This document shows, one piece after another, positions 9,168 through 17,878 of a DNA stretch of 64,000 nucleotides. The stretch spans positions 10,431 to 74,430 of the forward strand of contig DAOUIX010000034.1 in the NCBI GenBank assembly GCA_034423235.1, given 5' to 3'. Each line of letters starts with the position of its first letter. Position 1 is the stretch's first letter. The notes beneath the pieces were generated by a model, which did no database searches, had not been told where the DNA came from, and saw nothing but the letters and a program-made list of their open reading frames with translations. The DNA is from Chloroflexota bacterium (GTDB lineage Bacteria; Chloroflexota; UBA11872). The position numbers and the translations under genes are program-made.

Positions 9168-10057
9168 CCGCCGAGACTCCCGACGTCGCAGTCGTCATCA
9201 CCACGTTTAACGTGCGCGCGCTGCTGGAACGTTGCCTGGACAGCCTGGCGACGGCCAGCGGCCGGCTTGCCCTGGAGGTGGTGGTTGTCGACAACGGCCA
9301 GGGTGACGGCACCTGGGCCATGCTGCAGGCGCGGCCGGACGCCCGCGCAATCCGGGGATCACCGGCTCTTGGCTTTGGCGGCGCCAACAACGTGGGTGCG
9401 GCGGCCACCGGCGCACCGCTGATCCTGTTTCTCAACCCGGACACGGAGGCGGAACCGGGCTCGATCGCGGTGCTGGCCGAGGCGCTCGGCCGGCGATCCG
9501 ACGCGGCCGCGGCGGGGCCCAGCTTGACGCTGTCGGACGGTCGTCCGGACCCGGCGGGTCGACGCTATTTTCCGCGTCCGGCCAACGCGCTGCACCGGCT
9601 GATTGGATCGCCGCGGGTGCTGCGGCGGCGTGTGGAGCGGCCTTATAACGCCGGCGAGCCGGCGGGTTCAGGCGTGAGCGAGATCGACGCCGTGTCGGGC
9701 GCATGCCTGATGGTTCGCCGCGACGCGTTTGCGGCCGTTGGAGGGTTCGACCCCAGGTTCTTCATGTACGGTGACGATCTCGATCTGCAGCGGCGGCTGG
9801 CGGATGCGGGGTGGCGCACGTTGTACGTGCCAACATCGCTTGTGTGGCACCGCAAGCGTCAGTCGTCACGGCAGCGTCCACTGCGGACCCGATTCGAGTT
9901 CTACCGGTCGATGTGGCGCTACTACGCCAAGCACCATGGGCGCGATCCATGGCCGCTGCGGGGCGTGGTGCTGGTTGGAGTCCTTATCCTTGGGTGTGGC
10001 GGCATGCTGCGCGCACTCACGGCGTGGCGGCCAGGGGGAGCGGACGGCGCGGCATGA
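9164..10057 (+). CDS. Family 2 glycosyltransferase
   Basis: ATG 9164 in an ATGA overlap. VAVVITTFNVRALLERCLDSL...VVVVDNGQGDGT and FFMYGDDLDL motifs. Confidence 0.8.
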   Translation: MTAETPDVAVVITTFNVRALLERCLDSLATASGRLALEVVVVDNGQGDGTWAMLQARPDARAIRGSPALGFGGANNVGAAATGAPLILFLNPDTEAEPGSIAVLAEALGRRSDAAAAGPSLTLSDGRPDPAGRRYFPRPANALHRLIGSPRVLRRRVERPYNAGEPAGSGVSEIDAVSGACLMVRRDAFAAVGGFDPRFFMYGDDLDLQRRLADAGWRTLYVPTSLVWHRKRQSSRQRPLRTRFEFYRSMWRYYAKHHGRDPWPLRGVVLVGVLILGCGGMLRALTAWRPGGADGAA

Positions 10058-11466
10058 TCACGTGGACCCGGCGTAACTGGGGCGGCCTGGTTTCCACGTT
10101 CTCGCTGTTTGCCGACGTGGCGACGGTTGGGCTGGCGCTGGTGGCCGCCTACTACATGCGCTACCGCTTCGGATGGTTCGAGGGAGCGCCTCCGAACCGC
10201 TTCTTGTTCCTGGCGCCTGTGGTGGTTGCCTTTGCGGGCGCCACCGTGGTGGGCGGCTTGTCGCTGGGCATGTACTCGCGATTTCGCACCGCGGGTCCGG
10301 TGGATCGTGTTGCGCGAAGCGCGGGCATGGTGACGATTGGAGCGCTGCTGGCCGTGTCGGCCACCTTTTTCGTGTTCACGGACCGCCTGGAACCCGTGCG
10401 CAACGTCATGCCGATTGCGTGGCCGCTTGGCATCGTGTTTGTCGCCATGGGTCGGTCGCTGCTGGCGACGCTCCTGCGACTCCTGGCGCAGCGGGGCCTT
10501 GGTGTCCAACGTCTGCTGGTGATCGGGGCGGGCGCCGAAGGGCGTGAGGTTGGCGAACGGCTGATCCGGGACCCAAGCCGCCGATACCAGTTGGTCGGTT
10601 TCCTGGACGACTTCGAGTCCAGTGTGTCCATCGGCGAGTTCTCGCTCCCGGTTCTGGGCACATCCGGCGCACTGCCGGACCTGATCGCGGAGCACGAGAT
10701 CGACAAGGTGGTTGTGGCGATTCCCTCCCTCTCGCACGACGACCTGCTGGCAATCCTGGCCGATGTCGAGGCGTCGTATGCGGATGTCTGGTTGTTGCCG
10801 GATCTCTTTCAGCTGATGGTGTCGCCGGTGATTGAAGGCGGGGTTCGCGGGCTTCCACTGATCGCGGTGAACGAGGTGCGACTGCGGGGCCTGAGCCGCT
10901 TCACCAAGCGCACGCTTGACCTGGTGGTGGCGACGATCGTGCTGGTGTTGGCGTCGGCACCAATGCTGCTGATCGCTCTAATCGTCAAGTTAGACTCGAA
11001 GGGACCCGCCTTTTACGTTCAGACACGCGTTGGGCGCGACGGTCGGCCATTTCCCATCGTGAAGTTCCGCACCATGGTCAGCGGGGCTGACGAGTATGGT
11101 CAGACCTGGACCGTTTCCGACGACCCTCGGCAGACGCACATTGGACGATTCCTTCGGCGCTATTGGATTGACGAATTGCCACAGTTACTCAACGTGATCC
11201 GCGGTGACATGAGCCTGGTGGGCCCGCGCCCCGAACAGCCCGACTATGTGACCAGGTTTCGGGGCGAGTTTTCGCGCTACATGGTTCGGCACCGCGAGCG
11301 CGCCGGGGTGACCGGGTGGGCGCAGGTGAACGGCATGCGCGGCGATTCGTCAATTGCGGAGCGAACACGCTACGACTTGTACTACGTTGAAAACTGGTCG
11401 CTGCTCTTCGACCTGCGAATCCTGCTGCGAACGCTGCTGATCGTGATACGGGGCGATGCGAGCTAG
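10054..11466 (+). CDS. Polyprenyl-phosphate sugar phosphotransferase (WbaP/CpsE-type priming glycosyltransferase)
   Basis: ATG 10054 in an ATGA overlap. N-terminal TM helices plus a C-terminal bacterial sugar transferase domain (DELPQLLNVIRGDMSLVGPRP, YVENWSLLFDLRIL). Confidence 0.85.
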   Translation: MITWTRRNWGGLVSTFSLFADVATVGLALVAAYYMRYRFGWFEGAPPNRFLFLAPVVVAFAGATVVGGLSLGMYSRFRTAGPVDRVARSAGMVTIGALLAVSATFFVFTDRLEPVRNVMPIAWPLGIVFVAMGRSLLATLLRLLAQRGLGVQRLLVIGAGAEGREVGERLIRDPSRRYQLVGFLDDFESSVSIGEFSLPVLGTSGALPDLIAEHEIDKVVVAIPSLSHDDLLAILADVEASYADVWLLPDLFQLMVSPVIEGGVRGLPLIAVNEVRLRGLSRFTKRTLDLVVATIVLVLASAPMLLIALIVKLDSKGPAFYVQTRVGRDGRPFPIVKFRTMVSGADEYGQTWTVSDDPRQTHIGRFLRRYWIDELPQLLNVIRGDMSLVGPRPEQPDYVTRFRGEFSRYMVRHRERAGVTGWAQVNGMRGDSSIAERTRYDLYYVENWSLLFDLRILLRTLLIVIRGDAS

Positions 11467-14236
11467 CGGCCGCGCGGCCGGGCTTGGCCGGCGACGGCTG
11501 GTTGGCGTGCTGGCGATTGCCACCGCAAGCACGGCATGCGACATCGGCGGCTTTGGCGCGGAGACAGCGCCGACGGCGGATCCGAGCGCGGCGCGCACGC
11601 CCCCGCCCTATCTGGCACCCGTACCGCTGCCGTTGCCACCACCGGTTCGGCTGCCGGCAATTATCGAGGACTTTGCTGGAACGGGGGAGATTGGCGACGG
11701 CGGCGACGGTGGGCCGGCGGTCGCGGCGCAGTTTCGCAGCATCGGCGGCGTGGCGGTTGGCTCGGATGGTGTGATTTACGTGGCCGATCCAAGCGCCAGC
11801 CGCGTTCGTCGGATCCGTGCCGACGGCATTATCGAGGCTCTGGCCGGCACCGGCACGCGCGGCTACGGCGGCGATGGCGGGCACGCGCTGGCGGCTGACT
11901 TTACGGACCCGACGCGATTGTTGGTGGATCAGTCCGGCACGCTATTCGTCGCCGAACTCGATCGCGTCCGTCGTATCGATCCAGGTGGGCTTGTGACCAC
12001 CGTACTCGGAGACGGCCACGCGGGCCTTGAGGGTGACGGCGGGCCTTCGGCCTTTGCGAGAACGGCGGGTAACGAAGGCATGGCGATCGATGGCGACGGC
12101 AACCTGTTCGTGGCGGAACGGGCGGCCAATCGCGTTCGCCGCATTGACACGAGCGGCATCGTCACAACGGTCGCCGGCACGGGCGCTCCCGGCAGCGACG
12201 GCGACGGCGGTCCGGCGCTCGCAGCCACCCTGAACCAACCCGTGGACGTAGACGTGGACGGCGGCGGCAATTTGCTGATCGCCGAACTTGCGGGCAATCG
12301 GATCCGGCGGGTAACCGCCAGCGGCGTGATCGACACGCTGGCCGGCGTCGGCTTCCCAGGTGGAGCCGGCGACGGCGGACCGGCCGCGGCCGCGGAACTT
12401 CACGGGCCCCAGAGCGTTGTTGTGGACGCCAGCGGCGCGGTGTTCATCGCGGACTGGAACAACCGCCGCATTCGTCGGATCCACCCCGACGGCATCATCC
12501 AGACGGTGGCCGGACTGGTGGGCGGTCGCGTGGAGTCCGGCGGGCCGGCGCTGGAGTCGCGTCTGACACTGCCGTTCGACATTACCCCCACCTTTGACGG
12601 CCGCTTGCTGATAGTTGAACAGAGCGTGCGGCGGGTACGCGCCCTGGCGCCCGCGGCACCGCCGGCCGAGGATTCGCAAGCGCCGGCAGCCAGGGCGGCC
12701 CAGTCAGGCGAGGCGCCGCCGGCCCCGGCCGCTCATGTGCCGCCGGCCGGCGGCCTTCCAAGCGGCGCCGCACTGGCCGGTGACCCGGTGGCCGAGATTT
12801 TTGCGGGAACGGGTCGATCCGGAAGTTCGGCCGATGGCGAGTTTCGGCTGAACGCCGCGTTCGCAGCACCTCGCGGGATTGCGGTGGACGGCCTTGGTCG
12901 ACTTCTGGTTGCCGACACGGGCAATCACCGAATCCGCCGCATTGAAGCGGATGGCACCGTGCGCGTGGTGGCGGGGACCGGCGCGCCCGGTCACGCGGGC
13001 GACGGCCTGGCCGCAACAGCGGCGCAACTCAATCGTCCGTCGGCGCTCGTGGTGGACGCGCAAGGAGCAATCTATGTCGCCGACTCCGGCAACTTCCGGA
13101 TTCGCAAGATCGACCCAGACGGGGTGATCACGACGTTTGCCGGCGGTCCCCAGCCGGGTTCCGGCGGTGACGGCGGTCCGGCTCGCGACGCGCAGCTGAC
13201 CGAACCCATCGGCCTGGCCCTGGGAACCGACGGGTCGTTGTTCGTGGTCGACGGACCTGTCCACCGCGTGCGCGTGATTCGACCGGACGGCGTGATTCGA
13301 GCTTTTGCGGGACGCGGCGTGGACGGAGTGGGCGGCGATGGCGGACCGGCGGTGGAGGCCACGCTGGGCTTTCCGCAACGCGTGGCGGTAAACGCCGACG
13401 GCTCGGTGCTGATTTCCCAACTCCAGGCCGGGGTGGTCCGGCGGATTGGACCGGACGGCGTGATTGATACGCTGGCCGGATCCGGCCGTGCCGATGGACC
13501 GGCCGAGGGGCCAGCCCGCGAGGTGTCGCTCGACGCTCCCGTCGGGGTCGCGGTTGACGCGGTTGGCGCGGTGTACGTGGTGACAAGCGGTAATGGCCGA
13601 ATTGTGCGGGTTGATCCGAGCGGGCACGCCCAGGTGGTTGCCGGCAATCCGCTCGGCAGCGGACAGTCAGGCGATCCGGCTCGCGACATTCCCCTGTTCA
13701 CGTCGGTCGATATCGCGCTGGGACGCGACGGCACCGCCTACTTGCTTGAAGCGCGGGGGCTGGTCTGGAGAGTCAGCGGCGGGACGTCCGCGGCTCTCCC
13801 GACAACGACCGCGGAGGCGTCCGAGCTATCGCCGACGCCAACAGGATCCCCCACGGTGGAGGTGGGGGCGACGGAGTCAGCCGAAGCCAGCAGCGTGGTG
13901 CTGGCGCTGCAGCTTGGCCCGGGGCAGGAGCCCATCAATCCCACGCTGACCTTTCATCCGGGCGAGCGGGTGAACGTCTCCATACAGTTCACCAACGTGG
14001 CGCGCGGGTCGCGCCTGGGAATCCGCTGGTACGCCGGTGACACGCGGCAAGGCACGTTTCTGACCGATCCACAGCCGGCCTACACGTCGGCGCGGTTTGG
14101 ATTCTGGTTTGGGCTGCCGCCAACGGCGGCCCCTGGTCCGTGGCGGGTAGAAATCCTGGTGGGCGCGAACGCCATCGCGTCAGTGGATTTCGTCGTGACC
14201 CCCGGCGAGGTGCGGGCGGTCGGAGGGGCGGCGTAA
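11456..14236 (+). CDS. Lipoprotein with two 6-bladed NHL-repeat beta-propellers, a Pro/Ala-rich linker, a Thr/Ser-rich linker and a C-terminal domain of unknown function (926 aa)
   Basis: Signal peptide ending in Cys (LAIATASTAC). Twelve roughly 56-aa repeats of GDGGPA..A.L..P.GVAVD..GNLYVAD..NHRIRRI..DG.I.TVAG. Start overlaps the upstream gene by 11 nt. Confidence 0.8.
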   Translation: MRASGRAAGLGRRRLVGVLAIATASTACDIGGFGAETAPTADPSAARTPPPYLAPVPLPLPPPVRLPAIIEDFAGTGEIGDGGDGGPAVAAQFRSIGGVAVGSDGVIYVADPSASRVRRIRADGIIEALAGTGTRGYGGDGGHALAADFTDPTRLLVDQSGTLFVAELDRVRRIDPGGLVTTVLGDGHAGLEGDGGPSAFARTAGNEGMAIDGDGNLFVAERAANRVRRIDTSGIVTTVAGTGAPGSDGDGGPALAATLNQPVDVDVDGGGNLLIAELAGNRIRRVTASGVIDTLAGVGFPGGAGDGGPAAAAELHGPQSVVVDASGAVFIADWNNRRIRRIHPDGIIQTVAGLVGGRVESGGPALESRLTLPFDITPTFDGRLLIVEQSVRRVRALAPAAPPAEDSQAPAARAAQSGEAPPAPAAHVPPAGGLPSGAALAGDPVAEIFAGTGRSGSSADGEFRLNAAFAAPRGIAVDGLGRLLVADTGNHRIRRIEADGTVRVVAGTGAPGHAGDGLAATAAQLNRPSALVVDAQGAIYVADSGNFRIRKIDPDGVITTFAGGPQPGSGGDGGPARDAQLTEPIGLALGTDGSLFVVDGPVHRVRVIRPDGVIRAFAGRGVDGVGGDGGPAVEATLGFPQRVAVNADGSVLISQLQAGVVRRIGPDGVIDTLAGSGRADGPAEGPAREVSLDAPVGVAVDAVGAVYVVTSGNGRIVRVDPSGHAQVVAGNPLGSGQSGDPARDIPLFTSVDIALGRDGTAYLLEARGLVWRVSGGTSAALPTTTAEASELSPTPTGSPTVEVGATESAEASSVVLALQLGPGQEPINPTLTFHPGERVNVSIQFTNVARGSRLGIRWYAGDTRQGTFLTDPQPAYTSARFGFWFGLPPTAAPGPWRVEILVGANAIASVDFVVTPGEVRAVGGAA
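11693..13826 (+). repeat. Intragenic tandem coding repeats: 12 NHL blades in two blocks with about 168-bp period
   Basis: Recurring ggcgacggcgg[gt]ccggc... units are visible directly in the DNA at about 168-nt spacing. Blocks are about 11693-12640 and 12821-13826. Confidence 0.7.
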
Positions 14237-14377
14237 TCCGTTCACCCAATTGGCGTGCGTTGGCGATAGCCGCCGGATTCGGAGCGTATGCGGACGAGCG
14301 TCCCTGGATGATTGGCGGGGTACCGCAGGCCAGGTTCTCCGGCGACCGTAAAATGGCTGGGTACGTCACAGATTCGT

Positions 14378-15070
14378 ATGCCGCACATGGCACGTGAGCA
14401 GAACGGCGCAGGCGGCGCCGATGAACCGCCGATCGAAGTCAACGTCACGGACCGCCGGTCCGTCGCCAACCTGGATAGTGACGACTCGTCGGCGGAGCCG
14501 GATGCGGCCGCGGCGTGCGAGGCGACGACGGACGGCGAGGAGGACCTTGAGGCGCAGGTCGCTCGACTGGATGCGAGGCGACAGGATCTGCTGAACCGCC
14601 TGACGCGGGTGCAGGCCGACTTTGCGAACTATCGGCGGCGTACCTCGGAGGAGTCTCAGGAGATTGCCCGATTCGCGAATCAGGCCATGGCGTTCGAGCT
14701 TCTGAGCGTGCTGGACGCGTTTGAGCGCGCGTTCGGTTCTCTCCCCAACGAGTTGCGCCTCTTGACCTGGATCGACGGTATGGCACTGATCCAAGCTCAG
14801 CTGGGCCGGGTCCTGGAAGCGGCGGGTGTTACGCCGATCGAGTGCCAGGTTGGCGATCCGATTGACGTGGCGATACACGAAGTGGTGATGACGGACGGCG
14901 ACGCCGCGACAGCCGTGGTTGCCGAGATGCAACGCGGCTACCGCATGCACGACCGCGTGATTCGACCGGTCCTGGTGAAGGCCGGTCCAAAGCCGGCAAC
15001 CGACGAGGCGCCGGGCGCTGACGCAGGTCAGGATACGCCGCCACCGGCCGCCGCCAGCGGGGCCGCGTGA
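14378..15070 (+). CDS. grpE: Nucleotide exchange factor GrpE
   Basis: Acidic N-terminus then a GrpE coiled-coil/beta domain (VQADFANYRRR, LLSVLDAFERA, GDPIDV.IHEVV). Start is ATG 14378 or 14387. Confidence 0.85.
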   Translation: MPHMAREQNGAGGADEPPIEVNVTDRRSVANLDSDDSSAEPDAAAACEATTDGEEDLEAQVARLDARRQDLLNRLTRVQADFANYRRRTSEESQEIARFANQAMAFELLSVLDAFERAFGSLPNELRLLTWIDGMALIQAQLGRVLEAAGVTPIECQVGDPIDVAIHEVVMTDGDAATAVVAEMQRGYRMHDRVIRPVLVKAGPKPATDEAPGADAGQDTPPPAAASGAA

Positions 15071-16173
15071 GCGCCAAGCCCGACTACTACGACGTTCTAG
15101 GCGTCGAGCGGACAGCCGGACGGGACGAGATTCGCAAGGCCTACCGCGACCTGGCGCGGCGACATCACCCGGATGTCAGCCGCGAGCCCGACGCGAACGC
15201 TCGTTTTCAGCAGATCAACGAGGCCTACGAAGTACTCCGCGACGACGAGAAGCGAGCCAACTACGACCGCTTTGGGCACGACGGCCCCGCCGGTGCGTTT
15301 GGAACCGGGTTCGAGGACTTTGGCGGGATCGGCGACGTGTTCGACGCGTTTTTCGGCGGCGGGCGACGCTCGCGGCCAGGGGCGGCCCAGCCCGGCACCG
15401 ACGCCAGAGTCCAGGTCCGGCTGGAGTTCCTGGAGAGCGTTTTTGGCGTCGAGACCGAAGTCAGCTACCGACGTCTCGAACCTTGTGGAACGTGCGCGGG
15501 CAACGGCGCGGCGCCGGGCACCCGACCCAGTACGTGCTCGGCTTGTCGCGGCACCGGGCAGGTGCAGCGGGCGCAGCGGTCGATCTTTGGGCAGTTCGTC
15601 AACGTCACGGTTTGCGAAACGTGCGGCGGCCGGGGGCAGGTTGTGGAGAGTAAATGCCCGTCTTGTACGGGCGTTGGGCTCGAGCGGGTGGCCGTCAATC
15701 GCACGGTGCGGATTCCGGCTGGACTCCAACAAGGAACCGAGCTGCGGCTGACCGGGGAGGGCAACCACGGCCCGCGCGGGGGCTCGCCGGGGGACCTGTA
15801 TATCGGGATAGAGATCGAGCCGCACCCGGTACTGGAACGTGACGGCGACAACATTGTGAGCAACGTGGTGATCAACGTCGCGGAGGCGGCGCTTGGTTCC
15901 AAGGTCGACGTAGAGACTGCCGACGGTCCGACGAGCGTCAAGATACCCGCGGGCATTCAGGCAGGCACGCCGATTCGCCTGCGCGGCAAGGGTGTGCCGC
16001 GTCGAGGGGGCGGCGGACGGGGCGATCACTACCTCTTCGTGCACGTCGCGACCCCGACGAAGCTGAGCCGCGCGCAACGCCATCTGCTGGAAGATCTTGG
16101 CGAGACCCTGCCCGGCGGCAGCGATTCGGGCGGTCGCAGCTTTGTGGAGAAGATCCGGGCCGCATTTCGGTGA
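15067..16173 (+). CDS. dnaJ: Molecular chaperone DnaJ (type I)
   Basis: J-domain with HPD, G/F region, four CxxCxGxG zinc motifs, C-terminal domains. GTGA overlap with grpE. Confidence 0.95.
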   Translation: MSAKPDYYDVLGVERTAGRDEIRKAYRDLARRHHPDVSREPDANARFQQINEAYEVLRDDEKRANYDRFGHDGPAGAFGTGFEDFGGIGDVFDAFFGGGRRSRPGAAQPGTDARVQVRLEFLESVFGVETEVSYRRLEPCGTCAGNGAAPGTRPSTCSACRGTGQVQRAQRSIFGQFVNVTVCETCGGRGQVVESKCPSCTGVGLERVAVNRTVRIPAGLQQGTELRLTGEGNHGPRGGSPGDLYIGIEIEPHPVLERDGDNIVSNVVINVAEAALGSKVDVETADGPTSVKIPAGIQAGTPIRLRGKGVPRRGGGGRGDHYLFVHVATPTKLSRAQRHLLEDLGETLPGGSDSGGRSFVEKIRAAFR

Positions 16174-17096
16174 CGGATCGGTGGGCGGCTATCAGCGTCC
16201 CGTTGCAGACGGAGGCCGTGGACGACGTGGCGGCGGCGCTCCAGCGGCTGGTGGGGCGCAATCTGGCCGTGGAAGAACGGCCACGGCCAGGCCAGGACGG
16301 TTGGGCGGTTACCGCTCGCGCTTACGTGGCCCCGGGCACGGAGCAGGCGGTCGTGCGATCGAAGGTCTTGCGAGCGCTCGACATGCTGCGAGTTGCCGGC
16401 GACGGTGCCGTGGGGACGGCCTCCGAGTCATTTGTAGACGCGGACACGTACCGGACGCAGTGGCGTGCCTTCCATGCGCCGTTGGCGGTCGGGCAACGAC
16501 TGGTCGTGGTCCCGGCGTGGCTGGAGCAGCCCGAGGCGCATGCGAATCGGATTCCGATCTTTCTCGACTCCGGCATGGCGTTTGGCACGGGAAGCCATCC
16601 GACGACCCGGCTGGCCCTGGAGGCCCTGGAGGCGACCGTGAAACCGGGCGACGCGGTCGTTGACGTGGGGACGGGATCCGGCGTGCTGGCCGTTGCCGCG
16701 GCGAAGCTGGGCGCGGCGCGCGTCTACGCGTTTGATCGGGATGCCGACGCCGGCCCAACGGCCCGTGCGAACGTCCGGCGGAACGGCGTTGCGGAGCGGA
16801 TCAGGCTGACCGTTCCGAGCGGCGACCTGCGCGTGCCCGAACCCGCCGGTCTGGTTGTCGCCAACATCGTGGCTGCGGTGCACGTGCGGCTGATGCCGGT
16901 GTACGCCGGACTGCTGACGACGTCGGGTCTGCTGATATTGAGCGGCATACTGGATCAACGAGTCGACGATGTGGTGGATGCAGCTCGGCGCTTCGACTTC
17001 GTGCCGAAGATCCGATCAGCCGCCGACGAGTGGCGGATGCTGGCCTTTGCACCGCGAGGAGGAATCGAGAACGCCGCGCAAGGAGACTGCCGATGA
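16170..17096 (+). CDS. prmA: Ribosomal protein L11 methyltransferase
   Basis: LDSGMAFGTGSHPTT, VVDVGTGSGVLAVAAAKLGA SAM-binding motif. Sits downstream of dnaJ. GTGA overlap. Confidence 0.9.
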   Translation: MTDRWAAISVPLQTEAVDDVAAALQRLVGRNLAVEERPRPGQDGWAVTARAYVAPGTEQAVVRSKVLRALDMLRVAGDGAVGTASESFVDADTYRTQWRAFHAPLAVGQRLVVVPAWLEQPEAHANRIPIFLDSGMAFGTGSHPTTRLALEALEATVKPGDAVVDVGTGSGVLAVAAAKLGAARVYAFDRDADAGPTARANVRRNGVAERIRLTVPSGDLRVPEPAGLVVANIVAAVHVRLMPVYAGLLTTSGLLILSGILDQRVDDVVDAARRFDFVPKIRSAADEWRMLAFAPRGGIENAAQGDCR

Positions 17097-17452
17097 GTGA
17101 CGAGCCGAACGGAGCGGACTGCATCTTTTGCGCCATTGCGCGCGGCGACATTTCCAGCGATCGGGTGTATGAGGACGCTCACGTGGTCGCTTTTCGTGAT
17201 ATCAACCCGCAGGCCCCGTCGCACGTGCTGGTGGCGCCGCGGCGACACGTGGCCAGCATTGACGGGCTGAGGGACGATCAGGAACTCCTGGGCCGAGTGA
17301 TGGCCGCGGCCGTGACGGTTGCTCAGACCGAGGGCCTGGCGGCGTCGGGCTATCGCCTCGCGACGAACCACGGACGCGACGGCGCGCAGACCGTGCCGCA
17401 CCTACACGTGCATGTGCTGGGAGGTCGCGCCCTGCGTGGGCGGCTTGGCTAA
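17093..17452 (+). CDS. HIT-family (histidine triad) nucleotide hydrolase
   Basis: CIFCAIARGD and HLHVHVLGG histidine triad motifs. AAGGAG SD upstream. ATGA overlap with prmA. Confidence 0.85.
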   Translation: MSDEPNGADCIFCAIARGDISSDRVYEDAHVVAFRDINPQAPSHVLVAPRRHVASIDGLRDDQELLGRVMAAAVTVAQTEGLAASGYRLATNHGRDGAQTVPHLHVHVLGGRALRGRLG

Positions 17453-17878
17453 CGAGTGCCGCGCAGTCAGGCGTCGTCGCTCGTGTCGCGACCAGGGGCG
17501 GAGCCGATCTGGCCAATGGCGTGGATGGACGGCAGGGAGTTTGCCGGCGCGCGGCCCTGTGCTAGCTTAGAGACATCGTGGGGGTGTCCGAATAACCGCG
17601 CGGCCGCGAGTCAACTGAATAGCCGTTACCCAACCGGCGTGCGCCGGTTGGGTTTTCGTGCCTTGTGGTCAACGGACACCTTTCTGAATACGGAAGTGAC
17701 GCGCTGACGCAGATCTTGTCGCAGTCTTCTCTGTCGACGGCCGTCTGCGTGCGCCGGCATCGCGCGGTTACCTTTCGGCACGACCGCGCGCCGTGCGTGA
17801 GTATCCGAACCATGCACCGTGGGGCGGCTTTGCCTGCCGCCGATTTCGCTCGCCAGGGAACGAAGGAGTAGGCGATTC
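17453..17878 (+). promoter_or_regulatory. 426-nt untranslated leader preceding rpoB. Likely holds the rpoBC promoter and/or attenuator. Contains the terminator hairpin.
   Basis: No ORF with coding character. AGGAG SD at 17863-17867. Strong hairpin at 17629-17656. Confidence 0.4.
17629..17656 (+). terminator. Rho-independent terminator or attenuator: 10-bp GC-rich stem (cccaaccggc/gccggttggg), 4-nt loop, TTTT
   Basis: Read directly: cccaaccggcGTGCgccggttgggTTTT. Terminates the grpE-dnaJ-prmA-hit unit or attenuates entry into rpoB. Confidence 0.6.

Noticed and set aside
8398-9444. 348-aa minus-strand ORF (and similar Pro/Arg/Ala-rich ORFs at 12704..13627, 13072..13734, 10406..10858, 7031..7570)
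   Set aside because: Low-complexity reverse-strand shadows of well-supported plus-strand glycosyltransferase/NHL genes. No motifs. Expected open frames in 68% GC DNA.
9811-10053. N-terminal 81 aa of track ORF 9811..11466
   Set aside because: Overlaps the upstream GT2 gene. The sugar-transferase homology and ATGA coupling start at 10054.
11693-13826. Periodic DNA repeats suggestive of a CRISPR or satellite array
   Set aside because: The period is about 168 nt, the repeats are imperfect, and they lie in-frame within one long ORF encoding beta-propeller blades. These are coding repeats, not CRISPR.
14237-14377. Possible CIRCE/HrcA operator upstream of grpE
   Set aside because: Read through the spacer on both strands. 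No TTAGCACTC-N9-GAGTGCTAA-like inverted repeat is present. Only an 8-nt CCAATTGG palindrome.
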